DNA of 21,769 nucleotides from Myxococcota bacterium (GTDB lineage Bacteria > Myxococcota_C > UBA6777), in the NCBI GenBank assembly GCA_023150835.1, contig JAKLKB010000014.1:62001-83769 (forward strand). Reading direction: 5' to 3'. The notes beneath the pieces are model-generated. The model saw nothing but the letters and a program-made list of their open reading frames with translations, was not told the origin of the DNA and did no database searches. Positions 18,310 through 21,769 of the stretch are shown here, piece after piece (position 1 is the stretch's first letter; each line of letters opens with the position of its first letter). The translations under genes were made by a program, and so were the position numbers.

Positions 18310-19689
18310 TCAGCGTCCCGCCCCAAAATTCGGATCCCACGTTGCGCGAAAGTTCATCTTGGGCGGTTGCAACAAGAAATACGCTGCGGTCGCGCCGCCG
18401 CCCACCACCGCAGCCCCGATAATCGTCCAAAACCACCATTGTTGATGCACAGGCCGATCTGTCGAGGGATTGGGGACAGGAGGGCGTGTAATCACGGCCA
18501 CTCTTCCGTCTCGACGTTGGGGCGGAGGTTCGCGGTCCACAGCCCGTGGTTTCGGTGCTTCGGGAGACTTCACCAACGTGGGAGCGATCTTCGCCAACGC
18601 TTCGTCGGCATCTTGAAGCTCATTTTGCATCGGGAGCGCCGCCAACACTTGCAGCTTTCGCGTCTTGCAATCGTAGCGAACGGGTGTAAAGCGATGGCGG
18701 CTCTCATCCATCGGGCTGATCTGGCCCGTCACCAACGCATCCAATCCAGCTTCTTCGCACAGCTTGCTCGCTGCTCCCGAAAAAGCTGGCGTGTCCCACG
18801 CTTCTTTTTGCACTTGCACAGTCAACAGATCTTTGGTCGCCTGCAACGGATCGGGAGCCGCTGCTGCCGCTGCTTTCTTGAGGTCGAATTGTTGTGCGGC
18901 CATCCCAGCTTGCAGCTTAACCGCCATCCCTTCGGGGATATAGCCTGCGGCTTCCACACGAACATAGTTGAATCCCTCGTACAGATCGGCCACTTCCAAC
19001 GGCAGTTTGCCCCTTGAAACCCCATTCACAAACACCTCTGCCCCGGCTGTCCCCGTCAGCTTCAGACTCACTTTGTTGATCGAACGGATCTCGCCTTGCG
19101 CCCGCTTGTAACGAAAACGCATCGGGCGGCTGCCTTGGATCATCTTGGGCAGGGGGTTGGGATCGAGGCGGGCCAGATTTTTCAGCAAAGTCTCGCCGTT
19201 GTCGTTGCGACCGATCTGCAAATAAGCCAACGCCAACGACGCCAACGACGCCGTAAACAGATCATAACTTTCCGCCCAACGCATCTTGGACGCCGAAAAC
19301 TGCAAGGCATCGCGCAGGGGCTTGATCGCGTCATCGAAGGCTTGCTCTTGGAGCTTGGCTTCGCCCGTCGAAAGGGCTTGACGGATCGGCGTGAGATCTT
19401 GTTGCTTGAGCGCGTTTAGATCGACCGCTGCTGCCGCACGAGGCGGTGTCCCTCCCAACAACGGATACTTCCGAATCAGTTGCGCACCCGCCGCCGCCAG
19501 TTTCTGACTCAACCGCAACGAAAAACGCCGAACCTCCCGCTTTGGAAGGTTTGTCACCGTCGCCTGCACAGGAAACACACCGATCTTCTTCGACTCATCG
19601 TCTTCTTGGGCATACGCCAACGAGGCCACCCACCAACACGATAAAAAAACACCCCACCCAAAAGACTTCCGATATCGACCCATGATCAT
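18310..19689 (-). CDS. Secreted/membrane-anchored PEGA-domain protein
   Basis: Probable start at ATG 19689 or 19683, with a signal peptide (…VASLAYA|QEDD). TPR-like helices, a PEGA-like segment (GAEVFVNGVSRGKLPLEV…VRVEAAGY), and a C-terminal Pro-rich linker plus QWWFWTIIGAAVVGGG membrane segment of the kind seen in myxobacterial PEGA proteins. Confidence 0.8.
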   Translation of the reverse strand: MIMGRYRKSFGWGVFLSCWWVASLAYAQEDDESKKIGVFPVQATVTNLPKREVRRFSLRLSQKLAAAGAQLIRKYPLLGGTPPRAAAAVDLNALKQQDLTPIRQALSTGEAKLQEQAFDDAIKPLRDALQFSASKMRWAESYDLFTASLASLALAYLQIGRNDNGETLLKNLARLDPNPLPKMIQGSRPMRFRYKRAQGEIRSINKVSLKLTGTAGAEVFVNGVSRGKLPLEVADLYEGFNYVRVEAAGYIPEGMAVKLQAGMAAQQFDLKKAAAAAAPDPLQATKDLLTVQVQKEAWDTPAFSGAASKLCEEAGLDALVTGQISPMDESRHRFTPVRYDCKTRKLQVLAALPMQNELQDADEALAKIAPTLVKSPEAPKPRAVDREPPPQRRDGRVAVITRPPVPNPSTDRPVHQQWWFWTIIGAAVVGGGATAAYFLLQPPKMNFRATWDPNFGAGR

Positions 19690-19806
19690 TCTTCCGTTTC
19701 TTCCAGAGGTTCCGCAGATCGCCCCAAGGCCATCCGCTTGATCTTTCCCTCGTTTTGCCGCCCACCCTACCACACACTCACCCTCAACCTCAAGCCACGA
19801 CTACGG

Positions 19807-20090
19807 GCGATGGCGAAAAGCCGCCAACCGTTGTGGACGCAAAAAAAGCGACGGCAAAAAACCGTCAACCGTTGTGGACGCAAAAAAGGCGATGGCAAAA
19901 AACCGTCAACCGTTGTGGACGCAAAAAAGGCGATGGCAAAAACCCGTCAACCGCTGCGGACGCAAAAAAGGCGATGGCAAAAACCCGTCAACCGCTGCGG
20001 ACGCAAAAAAGGCGATGGCAAAAACCCGTCAACCGTGGTGGACGAAAAAAAGCGATGGCAAAACCCCGTCAACCGTGGTGGACGCAAAGA
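19807..20090. repeat. 41-bp tandem repeat array, 7 units
   Basis: Consensus GCGATGGCAAAAAMCCGTCAACCGBKGYGGACGCAAAAAAG. Unit starts at 19807, 19848, 19889, 19930, 19971, 20012 and 20052; no spacers. Confidence 0.95.
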
Positions 20091-20243
20091 CCTGTGTCGG
20101 TGCGATGTGATCCGCGCAGGGCTTCTGCTTTCCGTCAGCGGCTTGGCCTCGATCGACATCGCCCAAGCCTGCGATCCCAAAAACCATCAGGGCGAATTCG
20201 CCGCACTGTATCACAACGGATCCCGCTCTAGCTGCGTTGAACT

Positions 20244-21769
20244 TTAACGAAAAGGTAGGGGGAACACATCCGAGACAGAGCGATCCACAAAATCCCCATA
20301 GCCGAGTTGGCCCTTGGTATTGGCTCCCCAGCACTTGACAGAGCCATCGTCCAGAAGCGCACAAGTATGCAAATTTCCCGAAGCAATCGAGGTAGCTGTA
20401 CGCCCGCTCCCGATATCCAAAGGAGCAAAGGGGGGAGAAGAAACCAACACGAGGCTCACACCGGGTATTTGGTATGTTAGGTCTCCCCAACACTTGACGG
20501 TGGCATCATCCAAGAGCGCACAGGCATGTGATAATCCAAGAGAAAGCTCCTTTGCGGTGCGGCCCAAACCGAGCTCGACCGCAGCAGCCGATGGAGCTGT
20601 TCGGTTTGTGGTATCGCCGTATCCGAGTTGGCCGTCATGATTGGCTCCCCAGCATTTCACTGTGCCGTCGTCCAAGATCGCACAAGCAAACCATCCCCCC
20701 AACGCAACCCGTTTGGCGGTACGTCCAGCGCCTAGATCCACAGCAACAGCAGGAGGCGCATTTCGTTGCGTGGTGTCGCCGTAGCCGAGTTGGCCGTAGT
20801 CGTTGCGCCCCCAACATTTCAACGCGCCGTTGTCCAAGATCGCACAAGCGTGCGTGTTTGCTGTCGCAAGAAACGATGCAGTACGCCCCGTCCCCAGATC
20901 GATCGGCGCAAGAGGCGGAGCGTATCGGGGCGCGCCGTCGCCGTAACCGAGCTGGCCGTAGTTGTTGGCTCCCCAACACTTGAGGGTGTTGTTGTCCAAC
21001 AACGCGCAAGTGAAGGATCCCCCCGCAGAGATCGACTTGGCAAAGCGGCCTACGCCAAGATCGATCGAATCCACCGAGGGGGCTGTTCGTTGCGTCGAAT
21101 CGCCGTATCCAAGCTGGCCTGCCCCATTGTATCCCCAACACTTGACCGTACCGTTATCAAGCAACGCGCAAAGATGGTCCTCTCCGGGAGCAACAGATCT
21201 TGCGGTTCGGCCTACACCAAGGTCGATTGGCGCAACAGAAGGAGCCTCTCGTGGTGCGGTATCGCCGTACCCTAGTTGGCCTTTGTCGTTGCGCCCCCAA
21301 CATTTCAGAAGGCCGTTTTGTGACGAACACGTGCGCTGTTCTTGGGCTGCGATCGCTGTCACACGAGGAACACAACGCCCGACACTACAGATCTCACTCG
21401 AAGAACACGCGACAGAACACTGCCCACAATGACGGGAGGTATCCGTGTCGACACAAACTCCACCGCAAATCGCTTGCCGAAAAACGATAAACTCCCCAGA
21501 GATTTGTGAACGAGAAACGGTATCACCACTGCCGAGCTGGCCTTTGGTGTTGTCGCCCCAACAGACGACCTGCTGGTTATCCAAGACAGCGCAAGAGTGG
21601 GAAGCACCGACGCTAAGGGAGGTCGCGGAGCGACCCACGCCAAAGTCCACAGGCACCGAGGCAGGAGCGGTTTGTTGTTTGCCTTGTCCGCTGTCGCCAT
21701 CTCCAAGTTGGCCTTTGTCATTGGCTCCCCAACAACGGGCAGTTCCATCATCGAGCAAAACACAGCGAT
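20244..21769 (-). CDS. RCC1/BLIP-II-repeat beta-propeller protein with Cys-rich linker; 5' end lies outside the window
   Basis: Repeats of CALLDxGxVKCWGxNxxGQLGYGD: two precede and seven follow the segment CGGVCVDTDTSRHCGQCSVACSSSEICSVGRC. The frame is open to the window edge. Confidence 0.88.
   Translation of the reverse strand, partial: RCVLLDDGTARCWGANDKGQLGDGDSGQGKQQTAPASVPVDFGVGRSATSLSVGASHSCAVLDNQQVVCWGDNTKGQLGSGDTVSRSQISGEFIVFRQAICGGVCVDTDTSRHCGQCSVACSSSEICSVGRCVPRVTAIAAQEQRTCSSQNGLLKCWGRNDKGQLGYGDTAPREAPSVAPIDLGVGRTARSVAPGEDHLCALLDNGTVKCWGYNGAGQLGYGDSTQRTAPSVDSIDLGVGRFAKSISAGGSFTCALLDNNTLKCWGANNYGQLGYGDGAPRYAPPLAPIDLGTGRTASFLATANTHACAILDNGALKCWGRNDYGQLGYGDTTQRNAPPAVAVDLGAGRTAKRVALGGWFACAILDDGTVKCWGANHDGQLGYGDTTNRTAPSAAAVELGLGRTAKELSLGLSHACALLDDATVKCWGDLTYQIPGVSLVLVSSPPFAPLDIGSGRTATSIASGNLHTCALLDDGSVKCWGANTKGQLGYGDFVDRSVSDVFPLPFR

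Noticed and set aside
17499-18445. ORFs in the icmF-PEGA gap as a transposase or RAYT
   Set aside because: No HUH or DDE motifs; the ORFs are translations of the repeats.
19807-20090. 41-bp array as a CRISPR array
   Set aside because: The units are contiguous with no unique spacers, and there are no cas genes in the window.
19738-20247. Lys-rich ORFs across the 41-bp array
   Set aside because: The unit length is not a multiple of 3, so the frames rotate; these are repeat artefacts.

Overview
This is a bacterial chromosomal window, most likely from a Myxococcota/deltaproteobacterial-type organism. That assignment is inferred from the dnaG-rpoD-tRNA(CAT)-zinc-ribbon-RNase HI-rnpB gene order and from the PEGA and RCC1/Cys-rich proteins. 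The plus strand carries the 3' part of topA, a cysteine desulfurase, a long-chain acyl-CoA ligase, dnaG, rpoD, tRNA-Ile2(CAT), a C4 zinc-ribbon protein, RNase HI with a long disordered N-terminus, RNase P RNA, prmA and icmF. The minus strand carries a PEGA-domain protein and a partial RCC1-repeat protein. The genes are mostly housekeeping, and the unusual content is non-coding. (i) The ~0.9 kb gap after icmF holds three copies of a ~110-120 bp MITE-like element (TIR TACGAAATCCG, matching TAA/TTA flanks), each carrying a GTAG-type REP hairpin. A second MITE family with a 5-bp target duplication is nested inside one copy. (ii) There are intergenic 18-bp and 41-bp tandem arrays, plus a tandem duplication of the desulfurase gene start. 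(iii) Essential proteins contain in-frame microrepeat expansions. (iv) Synonymous codon choice appears to favour GATC. No transposase, cas gene or defence system is visible.
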